Positions 39,461-51,989 of a stretch of DNA of 64,000 nt are shown here, one piece after another. Within the stretch, counting starts at the first letter, position 1. Each line of letters begins with the position of its first letter. A program made the translations under genes and the position numbers. Source of the stretch: Camelus ferus (Eukaryota); NCBI RefSeq assembly GCF_009834535.1, contig NC_045696.1:116004001-116068000 (forward strand), in the 5' to 3' direction. The notes beneath the pieces were generated by a model. That model was not told the origin of the DNA and made no database searches. It was given only the letters and a program-made list of their open reading frames with translations.

Positions 39461-39993
39461 TTTTTTTAATTCAAGTCTTAAAACCCCATGTTCTTACTTT
39501 TATCTCTTGGTAGGAAAAATTTAATTTGGAGACATCATAAAAATATAAATTGCTGCAGAAGGTAGAAATTGACTGGGTTAGAGAAATGTTGGGGGTTTCA
39601 GAAGACAGGACGGAGCCATGCAGTCCCCATCTAGGTATTTGGTTGAGTCCACGGGGATCCAAATTAGTGGGGACATGACAGAGGACATTTCATTTCCATT
39701 ATTATCAAATTACACCCTCCTGGGTCTAGACACAAAGATATGAATACTAAAAACCAAACGAGAATTTTGCTTTGAAAACATTCTGATAACAACGAGCTTC
39801 CTTTACTTGTTCATACTGGGGAAAAAAAGATCCTTTTCATACAGCTGCCAGGCATCTGGTGTTTTCTACACTAATGTTTCCGTCCATCTCCATTTCTCCA
39901 TTTGCCCTAATCCTTCCTTCATACAAATGAAGGCATATCTGAGATATGGGTTTTTAGTGAAAATATTTTAGTTTTGAAACAGCAGCCACTTAC

Positions 39994-40096
39994 CGTCATC
40001 GCTGTTTGTTGTGAAATGGTTCTCACTGATGATTTCACTGCATCATTTTTCCATGACCAAAACCATCCCCATCGCTAAGGCTATTTCACATACAAC
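39994..40096 (-). other. Candidate 103-nt 5' UTR or first exon ending ...ATGACG
   Basis: CTTTCCAG|GTTG at 40096 (weak pyrimidine tract) and ACG|GTAAGT at 39994. Stops in all three frames, so it is non-coding except for a possible terminal Met-Thr. Confidence 0.3.
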
Positions 40097-40599
40097 CTGG
40101 AAAGTCTAATATCTTTTTTAAAAAAACCAGTTTTTGGGTTATTATGAGCCACCAATGAATCTGTCTCCCACCATTTCATTGAAAAGCTTCCAGGATCCAA
40201 ATTCACAGCGAGGATAAGACCAGTGTCTGTGACAACAGTTTTTTATTCTCTGAATAGAAACATATGAGGGGCAGCTGTGCTGACATGTGGGCCTCACAGA
40301 CTTCATGTCCATGTGTCACTGTGCCATCTACATATTTTAGAAAGGGGACACAAAGCAGTATTCTACTGAAATTACCTGCAGATCCAGTGTTTTAACATAC
40401 TAAAGCTTAGAAATCAAAAAATGAATCACTTCATTGTTGAACATTCATAGATTGACAGATTCCTAGAGACAGAATGGATCTCAAAGGCATTTCTTGCTTT
40501 GGCAGATGACGAAACTGAGGCCCAGAGAGTTACTTCTCCCAAGTCATGACTTACAAGTCTGAGCCTGACAGGCTGCCTTCCACACTGCAGTTTTCCTCT

Positions 40600-41250
40600 A
40601 TTTTTTTTAATTGAAGTACAGTCAGTTACAATGTGTCAATTTCTAGTAACAGCACAATGTCCCAGTCATGCATATGCATACATATATTTGTTTTCATATT
40701 TTTTCCATTAAAGGTTATTACAAGACATTGAACATAGTTCCCTGAAGAAACTTTTTAAATCTATTTTTATATATAGTTGCTAACATTTATAAGTCTCAAA
40801 CTCCCAAACTTATCCCTTCCCACCCCCTTTCCCCAGTAACCATAGATTGTTTACTATATCTGCAAATCTGTTTCTGTTTTGTAGATGAGTTCATAGTGCC
40901 CCCCTTTTTTTAGACTCCATATATGAGTGATATGACATGGTATTTTTCTTTCTCTTTCTGGCTTACTTCCCTTAGAATGATGGTCCATCCATGTTGCTGC
41001 AAATGGCATTATTTTACTCTTTTTTATGGCTGAGTAGTATTCCATGATATAAACATAAGAACTTCTTTATCCAGTCATCTGTTGATGGACATTTAGATTG
41101 TTTCCATGTCTTGGCTATTGTAAATAGTGCTGCTATGAACATTGAGGTGCATGTGTCTTTTCCAGTTAGAGTTCCCTCTGGATATATACCCAAGCATAGG
41201 ATTACTGGATCATATGGTACTCTATTTTTAGTTTTTTAAGGAATCTCCAT
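40600..41250 (-). mobile_element. Camelid-type L1 3' end
   Basis: TTTTTTAATTGAAGTACAGTCAGTTACAATGTGTCAATTTCT...ATGTCCCAGTCATGCAT. ORF 40854-41045 gives MEYYSAIKK...MPFAATWMD (ORF2p C-terminus). Confidence 0.9.
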
Positions 41251-41254
41251 TTGT

Positions 41255-41372
41255 TGTCTGCTTGTTTGGGGTGGAAGGGGCAAAATTACATTCTTTTTTT
41301 TATTATTATAAAAGAAATTTAAAATTATATAGTGTGAAGCATGCACTCTACCACTGAGCTATACCCAACCCC
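41255..41372 (-). mobile_element. tRNA-derived SINE remnant (camelid vic-1-like) lacking the B-box
   Basis: Minus strand GGGTATAGCTCAGTGGTAGAGTGCATGC (41339-41366) is a tRNA-like head with an A-box, followed by AT-rich sequence and a C-rich tail-like segment. Confidence 0.65.
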
Positions 41373-41469
41373 ACCCCAGTTCTTCTCTTGAACCAGTGTT
41401 CTAGTAACAATGAACCCATGCTCTTTTCCTGGATTAGAAACAGTTACTCAGTTTCAGGAAAATGAATGA

Positions 41470-41592
41470 TAAATAAGTAGACAGGAAAGAAGGAAGGAAG
41501 AAAGGAAAAGATGGAAGGAGAAAGAAGGAGAGGAAGATACAGAGAGATAAATAAATTGATGGCAAAGAAGGAAAGGAGGGAGGGAGGGAGAA
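41470..41592. repeat. Purine-rich (GGAA/GAAA) low-complexity tract
   Basis: Read directly from the sequence. Confidence 0.8.
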
Positions 41593-41899
41593 ATGGCACA
41601 AGGGGAGCAGGTCCAGCAAAGACGGTCTAGCTAGAATGTATGGTAAGGGAACTTGTCGCGCACCTGGATTTGTGTAAAGATCCCTTAGGGATTTTTACAT
41701 TGACTTCTTGACTTTGGTGGTTTGGATTTCATAAAGTGGAGTCACTTACCCCCCATAGGCTGTACTCCAAGTACTTTTATGCTTCCTGTAAATGCACACA
41801 AATGCCCAAACTCATAGGAAACCTCCACTTTAAAACAACAGCAACAACAAAAAGTCAGGACACATGCATTTGACTGTAGGGCTGCCAAAAGGAGCCTAC

Positions 41900-42900
41900 A
41901 AACTCATTCCTTTATGCAACAAATTTTATTGAGGGCCTACAGTGTGCCAGCAACTAGTCAAAGAGCTAAGAATTCAGGAGCATGTAAGAACCACAGTATT
42001 CCTATCCTCATGGAATTTATTTTAGTGGGGTTGGGGGAGAAAAGTAAATAAGTGGAACATAAATAAACAAGGTAATCTCAAATAAAAATAAGTGCCTTCA
42101 TGCCATTAACATGGGAATACTGTATGTATAAGGGAGAGTTGTTTGTTGTTTTGTTTGCTTGTTTTAATATGGCAATCAGGATGGCCCTGGAGATCCATCA
42201 TTCTAAGTGAAGTGAGCCAGAAACAGAAAGAAAAATACCATGTGATATCACTCATATTGTGGAATCAAAAAAAAAAAAAAGATACAAATGAATTTATTTA
42301 CAAAACATAAACAGACTCACAGACATAGCAAACAAACTTACCAGGGGGAGTGGAGGTGGGAAGGGATAAATTAGGAGTTCAAGATTTGCAGATACTAACT
42401 AATATATATAAAACAGAGAAATGACAAGGTTCTACTGTACAGCATAGGGAACTATATTCAGTATCTTGTAGGAACCTATAATGAAAAGGAATATGAAAAG
42501 GAATATATGTATGTATATGGTTGACTGAAACATTATGCTGTACATCAGAAATTGACACATTGTAAACTATACTTCAGTAAAAAAGATTAAAAATTTAAAA
42601 CATTTTTTAAATAATAAATAAATAAATAGAAGAGTCAGGAAAAACATCTCTGAACAAGGAAAGTTTGAGTTGAGGCTGAACTCAATTACAAGAAATAGCC
42701 AATCACAGGACAAAAAGTTTTTTTGCCCTAGTTTTGCTGAAATATAATTGACAAATAACATCGAGTAAGTAGTCTAAGGTGTACACAATATGTACATATT
42801 GTGAAGTGATCACCAAAATAAGGTTAGTTAACAATCAAGATGAAGGGCATTCCAAGTTGAGGATCCTGTAAGAGCCAAAGCCATGCACTTGAGAAGACAT
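41900..42900 (-). mobile_element. L2 3' fragment interrupted by two L1 tails (42180-42625 on +; ~42720-42832 on -)
   Basis: CAACAAATTTTATTGAGGGCCTACAGTGTGCCAGCAAC...CCTATCCTCATGGAATTTA; resumes GTCAGGAAAAACATCTCTGA...GGGCATTCCAAG. Confidence 0.6.
42180..42625 (+). mobile_element. Camelid-type L1 3' end
   Basis: CTGGAGATCCATCATTCTAAGTGAAGTGAGCCAG...GCTGTACATCAGAAATTGACACATTGTAAACTATACTTC, then an (AAAT)n tail. Confidence 0.9.
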
Positions 42901-43469
42901 AGTTCATTAATTGACCTGCTAAACTTGCTTTCTTTTAGTTCAAGTCTCCTTCCCAGAGGAGGGAACTGAACTGATCCTATAAATAAGTATTATGTGCCAT
43001 AAATTGATATTTGTTACACAAAAAAAAGACATTATCTAAACAGCTCTTACAGACATAACTATCTTTGGGAAAATAAATACTGTAAGAATGCAGTCAGGAT
43101 CAGGTAAATCCGTAAGAATCTAGGTTTGGCTAGACCCCAGGCATCAAAACATGAGCCCTAAATCATGCCATAGAAGTGGAAAATTTTGTTTTGCTCCTGA
43201 TGTGTAAGGATGATTTTAAACAGAGCCCCTCATTACCTGCAGTAGACTTGTGGTGTGAGCAGGAAATAATTCTTTGTTGTTGGGGGGCCAATGAGATTTG
43301 GGAGGTTGCTTGTTACTACAGCATAATCTAGCTTACCCTAGTCAATATAAAGGGGGAAAAATGTGTAGAAAAGTAAAAAAACCAAGATGGGGAGAAGCAG
43401 AGACCAAGTGGAGTGAAAGGCAACTGGGGCCTCCCTCGGTTGTGCTGGTTTGGGGGCACTTTCAGAACG

Positions 43470-43905
43470 GCTGGAGATCATCATTCTAAGTGAAGTTAGC
43501 CAGAAAAAGAAAGAAAAATACCATATGATATCACTCATACGTGAAATCTTTAAAACAAAAAAGAAGGCACTAATGAACTGATCTACAAAACAGAAACAGA
43601 CTCACAGACATAGTAAACAATCGTATGATTACTGAGGGAAGGTGGGTGGGAAGGGATAAATTTGGGAGTTTGAGATTTGCAAATATTAACTACCATATAT
43701 AAAAATAGGTTTTAAAATTTTCTTCTGTATAGCACAGGGAACTAACTATATTTAATATCTTGTAATCACCTTTAATAAAAAAGAATATGAAAATGAATAT
43801 GTATATATATGCATGACTGGGACTATATGCTGTACACCAGAAATTGACACACTGCAACTAACTATACATCAATTTAAAAAATAGGAAAAAAAATAAAATA
43901 AAAGA
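43470..43905 (+). mobile_element. Camelid-type L1 3' end
   Basis: CTGGAGATCATCATTCTAAGTGAAGTTAGCCAG...GCATGACTGGGAC...GCTGTACACCAGAAATTGACACAC, then an A-rich tail. Confidence 0.9.
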
Positions 43906-44779
43906 ATAATAATGTGAATACACACACACACACACATATATATTCCATTTGAAGTTGATTTTGCTGCTGCAATATTACCCCTCTTCCTACTCTCCCAACT
44001 CTACCCACCAAAGCATCTGTGAAGGCTGTTCCGCAAACACGATTTGCTGGGATTGCTTCTTTTGTGGAAATCAGCTGGGCTTCAGACCACGTTTGGGGCA
44101 GATACAATATGGAGCATGATGTGGAAAAGAAAAACCCACAGCAAGAGGTGTTTAGGAGGAGAGAGGCCTCCTGGAGAGTTCAGCCACCAGGCCATGGGGT
44201 TGGGCCTTTCCACTAGACATGGGAGTGTGGGTCAAACTCCGACTTCTCAAGGGGACACCCCGCTGAGGTGCAGGTTACGTGCAGACGTCTGCACGACACA
44301 GGCAGTGAGCACACAGAGATAAGGTCTTCCTCCGTCCTCCCTGAGGGATCCATCTTTCGATTGACAGTATTGCCTGAGTGAATGGGGTTCATACGGGTTC
44401 CAAGCACTGTGTGCTCCTGTACAATTTGGCTCTTACCTCTTTTATAGCACTTGACATCTACGGCTTTATAGTTACTTAGCTTTATGTTTCTCTTTCCCAT
44501 TAGACAGGTTGTTCCTGAAGCTGTGAGCCCCATTCTGTTCATTTATGTGTCCCCCATACCTAGTGCAGTATCTGACATCTGCTGTAAAAATTTTTGTGGG
44601 TTATTAATGTTTATGTAAAAATTTTTGTGGATTCAGTTAAACTCTGATATCTATAAGCTTGTTTAAATCGGGGCAACTGGCTCTCAAGAGTTGAGAACAA
44701 AGAGAGTCGAAAACAAAGTCTCAAAAATGTTTATTCTAGGAGATGTAATATATTTAACAAAGGGAATTATTTCTATGTG

Positions 44780-45165
44780 TACTGGAGTAACTGTTGGCTT
44801 TGTCTGCTAGCTATTCCCAGCCATCTACTTGTTGGGCTATTCCTGACCCCTCTCCAGGGGTGGGCGGAGTGGGGACTAGCTCCGAGCAGAAGTGGGGAGT
44901 GAGAGTCACTCCAAGGCCAGAGCATTTAATGGCTGGTGTGAAATATTCCATGACTTTATTTTGCTCCTACCCGTGCAAGCAGCAATGTCAGAAATGGTAG
45001 CTGCTCCAACAACCTGGATCTGGGGTCAAAGAGGATGTAGGCAGAAGCCCTTGCTAGTCGACAACAGACATGAGACATACGCAAGAATAAATCTTTGCTG
45101 TTTTAAGCCACTAAGATTTGGGGCTTGCTTGTTACCATGGTATAACCGAACCTATACTAGCTGAC
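44780..45165 (+). mobile_element. Old MaLR LTR (MLT1J-like); a related 3' fragment lies at ~43230-43345
   Basis: GTCACTCCAAGGCCAGAGCATTTAAT...GAATAAATCTTTGCTGTTTTAAGCCACTAAGATTTGGGGCTTGCTTGTTACCATGGTATAACC. Confidence 0.75.
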
Positions 45166-45959
45166 GGAAGAATGAACAAAGTCCAGATCTCCATCTCCCT
45201 ACCCCGACCACCAAATCATTTTTAACACAGTAATAACTCTTAAGAGAAGAGGTAAGCACAAATGGTTTAGAAGTAAACACAGAAAATGAAAAGCCAATAC
45301 ATTGGGAGAAGGACTGAGCAGCCCAGACTCAGAGGGCAGGAAGAGGCGAAGAGCTGAGACCCAGGGCGGCACAGGGGCCATTCGCTCAAGTGCCAGCATG
45401 TGTGAGCTGCACAGTTAAGAAGAACGGCGGGCCAGACCAAGAAATCATGTAGAAATGGTGCATTCATTTTTGGCAGAACAGAGGTAAGAATAGTGGCTAA
45501 AACTATATGCATAAAAGCAACGAAGCTTCAAAAAGAAAGGCGATGAGGCAGAAAAGAGATTTAACAATAGACTGAAAGGGTTTGGGGGTTTTTTTGTGGG
45601 GTTTTTTTTTTTTTTTTTTTGCCCCAATACAGTGGCTATCTGGTATAAGACTGCATGATAAAACTCTGCAGATTCCAGAAGGACTTTATTTCTTTGTTTG
45701 GAGTCATCGCTTTCCCTGTGACACTAACATAAAATTCTTAGTGCATTTGGAATGCTTGAATTTGAGCATCATTTTTTAGGTCCTGAATTACTACGTTTTA
45801 ATTGAAGGGCATCTCAAGGTCTGATGTCTTCACACTCGTCTTTGCAAAGGTTCCACTGCTCGACACAAAGCTACGGTTGAAACGGGCTCCATGCTGAGGC
45901 AAATCAATCAGTGCTTACACTGTCTTCTGGGACTGTGTGCTTATTTTTAGGAATGCTTA

Positions 45960-46860
45960 ATTTTTTTCTGGTTGTTGTTCGAAACTATAGGAAATAGAAC
46001 AAAATATAAAGAAGAAAAATTAAAGCACTCAGGCTCACATTAAGAAGAAGTTAATATGGCTCCTTTGCGGAAAATGCAGACTTTCTTCCTGGCATGCTTA
46101 TATATCTTAATATGATTTTAGTATTTCAGCCCCTGCATTTTTCTCCACACATTTAATTATGAGCACTACCCCAGAAGATTAAAAATATCCTTAAGAATGT
46201 GCACAATTATTTATTTAATTAGGTCTCTATTATTTTGTAGTTTAAGAGCTCTCTTTTTTATGTTTGTAAATAACACTAGGCTGAACAGAAATACTTTCCA
46301 CATCCCCAGTTATTTCCTAGAATGAGAAGTAATAAAGCAAAGGATGGATGTTTCAGGATTCTTAAAATAACAAGACCAGTTAATTGCCATAAAGTCTATC
46401 CTAATTCATACTCCTATACTTTTTTGAAGTGTAGTCAGTTTACAATGTTGTGTCAATTTCTGGTGCACAGCATCATGTTTCAGTCATACATGTATTCCTT
46501 TTCATATGCTTTTTCACTATAGGTTATTACAAGACACTGAACATACTCCTATATGCTGACGAGAGTACCATTTCCCTGCTCCTTGATGCGTGGAGAATTA
46601 TACTTTTCAAATGTTTAGCAATCTGTTTGACCAAAAATGACATTGCAGTGTTGTATTAATTTGCTTCAATTTTTTGACTGATAATAAAAAGAAACATTTC
46701 CCTCCTGCATTTAAAGCCCATTTGCATTTCTTATTTTTTTTGTTTGAGTTTTTACACCTGTTTCATTTTTTCTATTTAGAGTATGAGTAATGTTTCTATT
46801 GATTTTTAAGTTTCCTTTACATGGTTAGGCTACTCATCTTTTGCAGATAAAATACTTCCA
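45960..46860 (-). mobile_element. Ancient L1ME-like fragments with a nested camelid-type L1 tail (~46420-46550)
   Basis: TTTGTAAATAACACTAGGCTGAACA...TTATTTCCTAGAATGAGAAGT; nested TTTTTGAAGTGTAGTCAGTTTACAATGTTGTGTCAATTTCTGGTG. Confidence 0.55.
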
Positions 46861-47144
46861 AGATTAGCTTCAGATTCAAGATATTTGGGGTCAATAATAG
46901 GAGATAACATTTGTGAAAGGTGCTTTTAAGCCAAAAATGCTATAGAATTGTTTGCTTTTGTTTGGGGGTTTTGTTTTTTCTTTTTTCAGTTTTTCAGATT
47001 TTGGATTTGCGCAATTCCTATTTCTCTTTTGACATTATTGAACCTAACGCTGAACTGGCCATCATGTGAGCACTCGACTCTGCATACACATGTGTCCACA
47101 TCATCCCACACACAGACAATTGTTTTAGTTCCTTAGCATTAGGC

Positions 47145-47330
47145 ACCAACTGGAGAGCCAGGACCCCTGCCCCGGGGTGTCAGTCCCAGGACTCTGCCAT
47201 GTTAGTTGTGCGAACGGGAACAAGTTATTTAACCTCTCTAGGACTCGCTTACCTCATCTGCAAAACCTCCGAATAATTTGTAAAACAAGGAAGTAAGAGA
47301 CAGTATTGCTGTGAGGATTAAACAAAATAA
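47145..47330 (+). mobile_element. MIR SINE
   Basis: CTCTGCCATGTTAGTTGTG...CAAGTTATTTAACCTCTCTAGGACTC...CCTCATCTGCAAAA...TTGCTGTGAGGATTAAA. Confidence 0.75.
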
Positions 47331-47559
47331 CAAGGCAACCAGTTAAACTAGATGGCTATTCTTTTCTAGTTAATTCTGAAACCTGAGGCCAGGCATCTGG
47401 TAAACCTAGCTCTTGGTGTGACAATTTACATGGTCATTGAGTAAAAACAAGCTTTTTGATCTAGGTTGTTTTCTAGGCATTTGGAATGAAATGCATCTCT
47501 GCCTCCAATAACGATAGTTAATTAAAATTTTCTGGAGCACTCTGCAAAATTATTGAAAT

Positions 47560-47830
47560 TCATTATTCCTTCAACAATTATATATTGAATACCTGAGCTG
47601 CCAGGCAACAGTCTAAGCTCCTCAGCTATGAAAAACACCAGTAAGTTCCCCCAGATAGTGAGTTTTCATTCCAGAGAGAAAAGACAACAAAAGAAGAAAG
47701 ACAAACACATAAGCAAACTAATTTCAGAGAAGAATCAACGACGTGAAACAGTGAGGCAGGAGTGTGCCCTAGAAGACGGCCGCTGGGCTAATTCCATCAG
47801 GTGATCAGGGCAGTCGGGCTGAGGAAGAAG
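47560..47830 (-). mobile_element. L2 3' fragment
   Basis: TTCAACAATTATATATTGAATACCTGAGCTGCCAGGCAACAGTCTAAGC...GAGTTTTCATTCCAG. Confidence 0.55.
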
Positions 47831-47939
47831 CCAGGCATCAAAAACATAATGACAGCAATCCTATGACACCACATCCCTTCTGCTCCCGTTTTACAAACAG
47901 AAACATTAAGTCACTGAAACCAAACTGTTGTTGCTCTAA

Positions 47940-48590
47940 TAAAGTACATGTGCTTTCCTCTGATTGCAAATATGACTTATTCATGACAGAAAATACAGCT
48001 AAGGACAAAAAGAAAGAAGAATCATCTGTGATCCTGGCTAACACTTTTTACATTTTCTGTCCTCTGTTTCTCTATGTATCCATAGAACGTATTTAACAAA
48101 GGGAATTATTTTTATGCATAATGTTTGCAACTTGTTTTTTTTTTCTGTTGAGCAATATTTTTCTGTGTCATTAATGAGTCTTCTGAAAAATCATCTTTAA
48201 TAGCTGTATAGTGTCATGTGAAACCGTATGGTTTCTTTAATTAGTTTCTAGGCAACGGAGATTTATGTCACTCCAGTTTTTCATTATTATAAACAATGCT
48301 GTGATAAACCTAATAACAACAACAATAATAATAATAGCTAATATTTATTCAGGTGCTTATAGATGGCATGCATTGTCTTAAGCAATTTATAGCTCTTCAC
48401 TAATTTAATGCTAACAAGACTTCTGCAAAATAGAGGCAGTGACAATCCTTCCTTCAGAAACTGAGGAAACTCTGACCAAAAAAAGTTAAAATACTTTGCT
48501 CAAGGTCACATATTCAGTAAGTTGCAGATCTAGGATTTGAACTTGGACATTCTAGTCCGAGCCAGAGCAAACACTTAACCATTGCACTCT
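47940..48590 (-). mobile_element. L1ME-like fragment (~47940-48310) followed by MIR (~48325-48590)
   Basis: TTTGCAACTTGTTTTTTT...TTTTTCATTATTATAAACAATGCTGTGATAAAC; then AATAATAGCTAATATTTATT...TGCTCAAGGTCACA...GGATTTGAAC. Confidence 0.65.
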
Positions 48591-51500
48591 GTTTCTGCCC
48601 TGAAAGGTCTTTCTACAGATTTCCAGGTAAAGTCTTCATCCTCATCAGTGTTATTTCCTTAGGAGAAATCTTCAGACGTGAAATTGCTCAGAACCTAATC
48701 CAGATCTCATGCATCTATACAAAACTCAGAGATCCCCTCACTCCTACTTAATGCCCACTGCCAGGCAGCCTAATGGAACATCGGAAACTCTGTGCTCCGG
48801 ATCACACATCAGATAAGAAACAAGAGCAAGCACTAGCTAGCCTAAGTGACAGAGACTCCAGCCCCTGCCAGCACCCGCTCCCCTCCCTCCTTTGGTCCTC
48901 TCCAGAGCCCTTGCCAAAGGCAGCTCGGAAAAAGCAAGGAAGAGGTTCTGGAAGTTCAACCAGTCTCTGCTCACATTTCCAGAATCTAAACACAGAAAGA
49001 AAGGGAAAGGCAGAGAGAAGTGGGGAGTGACATTGAGCTGGGAGCTGAAATCTTACCGTAATGCCCAGGGGCTTCTCTCAACCTGACTGTACCTCCTGGG
49101 TGACCTCCTGCTCTCTCTGTGTGGCCCTATCAGGCCAGGGAACAAATGAGGTCACAGGTAAGTGGGTCAGGCTCAGGGATCTAGAGAAGTCAGGTCAATG
49201 CCTCCTGCTAATTGAAACACCTGGGTAGACTCTTTCTGGAGCTTTGGACCTGAACTAACCTGAAATCATGACTCACTGGACACTGTTTTATCTCATTTTT
49301 AAAAAAGTGTTTTCTTTTCTTCAGAGGCTGTTCAATCAGAGAGATGAAACAATTCATCTCTGTTACTTTTCCTGGGCTTCAAAGATAACCTAGAATCCTA
49401 GGTTTCTATTTTACCAAAGGAGGCTCCTGACTATAGTAAATTTATTGTCATCACATTGGTCAAATGTTAGAGGTTTTACTGGGGAGTCGAGGGCTCAATT
49501 GAATTCTTTTATCTACCCTATGTAGTAGGTCATTGCTCTTCAAAGAAACAGAATATGGAAAAATAAATCTAAAAATAGAGTAAGGAAAACATAATCATTC
49601 TTTGTTAATTCAGAGGCCACTTCTGAATCTTAAAGAGCTTCAAGGTCATCAACACAACCTTGAATTATTGCACTAGAAACCACCAACTGACAGCTTTGGG
49701 TTCCAACAACCTTCTTGTAAAATTTCTGGTTGGGAACCAGAGGCATATTTGTAACAAATGGTGCCTCTGGCCTCAGAACAGCCATACAAGTATTTTTTTG
49801 AAGTTTTGAAAGTGTTATCAATTTTGTTTACTGCAATTAATAAAAAATAGTATGGAAGGACATTTAAGTTCCATATAATGTCTAACAATTATCAGGGACG
49901 TTCTCTGAGCCTAGTGCTGCATCTTATCTTATTTAATCATACAACAGCCCTACAAATTAGATACTATTATGACTTCTCATTAATCATAATACTAGTAAGG
50001 ACTACATGATAAATTACAAGCACTGTCCGATAAATTCCACACAGATATTCTCATCCCATACTGTAGCTGGGAACAAAAGTACTAATAAAACTAAAGACCA
50101 TCACTATCAATTTTCATATTATTTTCTAATGTTTCTATCAAGAAAGTGTGTTTCAAACCGATAAGCTGAGATACCAGGAACATGTCCTCTGCATTCTGGC
50201 GACAGATATAGGAATCTGCACTTGTATCTTTGGGGGCAGAGCCAGGCAGGTGGAAGAGAGAGAGTTTTCATATAGACTCTAGCAGTAGAGGCTACAGATT
50301 CCAGGAAAACTTGGAACAAGATGAGAAAGAGAAAAGGCAGAGGAGCAGGGGTTCTGTTGATGGGCGTAAGGATTCCCAGCTGCCACTGACACGTGAGCTC
50401 CATGACGACAGGGCGTTCATCTGTTTCCTTCCCTCCTGTGTTCCCAGAACCTAGCCTGGTGCCTGGGATACAAGGAGCTCAAAAATAGCTTTGATGAATG
50501 AAGGCAGTAGGGACACCTCTATCCCTACTGGGGAAGGAGCAGTCACTGGGGAAGAAGAAGCCAGATGCAAGAAATCATTTGAAAATCATTGTCAGCTTGA
50601 ACCCCAGTGGAGGATAAATACTAGTTAACAATGAGTCTTGTTGATAAAATGTCAAATAACAGAGAGATACTACAACCATGTAGGCACACAAGGAAATTTA
50701 GTCATGATGGTCTAATCTTCCAGTGAACCAAGGAGGTGATGCACACAGTTCTCTTAGGATCAGGGAATAAACTCAGGTATCAAGGATAATAAAGTCTATT
50801 AACCCAATTTTCCCCCATTGAAAAGATGAGAGCCAACAATCCTAAACCTGACTTAGCTGTGCTAGCCTGGATTGCCGGACACAGATTCAGTACTACGCCC
50901 TCTATAGAGAGGCAGGTAGAAAAATAGAAATCGAGGGATAATGGATATGACAGTTAAGATGCACTGGACAAATTGTTACTTTAAAAGCAACAGAAACCAC
51001 TCCCTCTGAGAGCATCAGAACTGGAAAATTCTACTAAAGGACAGACAGATTATACCCCTATTAACCATGGAAGTCTGGTCAAAGGGCCAAGGATAGAGCT
51101 CAATGTGGTTATTTTACTGCCAATTTTAGGCACAATCTACCACTTTTCTTTAAAACTCTGAAGAGCATCTAACTTCATGAGCCTAAGACTGACTATATGA
51201 TAAAAACTAACGACCTTGACAATGTGGAATCGCAAAGACTTGGACTGCCCTGAAATTTCACCTACAGGAGGGACTGTGCATCACGCTTTAAATCTTCCAC
51301 AAAAGTGGCACATGGCCACTGGGACACGGAACAAACTCCAGAAGCTCAATCTGTCCTCTCGTTTGAGCTGGATTCTGGCTCACGTCTGGGTGTCAGGCAT
51401 AACCAAGGCATCACTTTTCCTTGGGTTGTGAGGTGGGAGTCAAAGAGGGTGAAATCCGCAGAAGATCCTTGGGGAAAAGAAAGCTTGATCAACAACCAGG

Positions 51501-51989
51501 ATGCACATCAGAAAGTGCTGTCAGACTGTGGGGACTTGGGAAAGAGCTGGTATAAATACATGAAGCAACAGGAAAGGGACCAGGGACCCAGAGTTAAAGA
51601 TTTCTAATTACAGGATGTGAGGCAGTGCCTGGAGCAATTCCCTGAACCCAAAGGGAAGCTGCGTGTTTTCATAGAATGGTTTTCATGTGAACTTAGGCCA
51701 GTAGAGACATGTTAAAGTCGCCGAAGTTATGCCAAGTCAGGCTAGTAGTCATAGCTTCCTTCTTAGGAGTTCTAAGCAGAGGGGAGGAAAATTATAGCAG
51801 TTTTGCTGTTGTCGTTGTTAAGATGTGCCCTGTACATAAACTTTTCTTTCGCTGTTTCTTTAACTTTCAAGTTAAAATAGTTTCAGACCATATGTAACAT
51901 CCGAAAAAAATCTGACTTAACTGAAAATAGTACAAATTGAAGTTACATAAGGCTTTAGTGAGCAGGTTTGACAAGCTGTTTCATGAAAG

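Noticed and set aside
41339..41366. Possible tRNA gene
   Set aside because: Only the 5' A-box portion is present, with no T-arm, B-box or acceptor-stem partner; it is a SINE head.
44583..44630. 17-bp direct repeat TGTAAAAATTTTTGTGG with a 14-bp spacer (CRISPR-like look)
   Set aside because: Only two copies at the end of an L2 in mammalian DNA; a local slippage duplication, like the small tandem duplications at ~12640-12685, ~55101-55129 and ~63001-63023.
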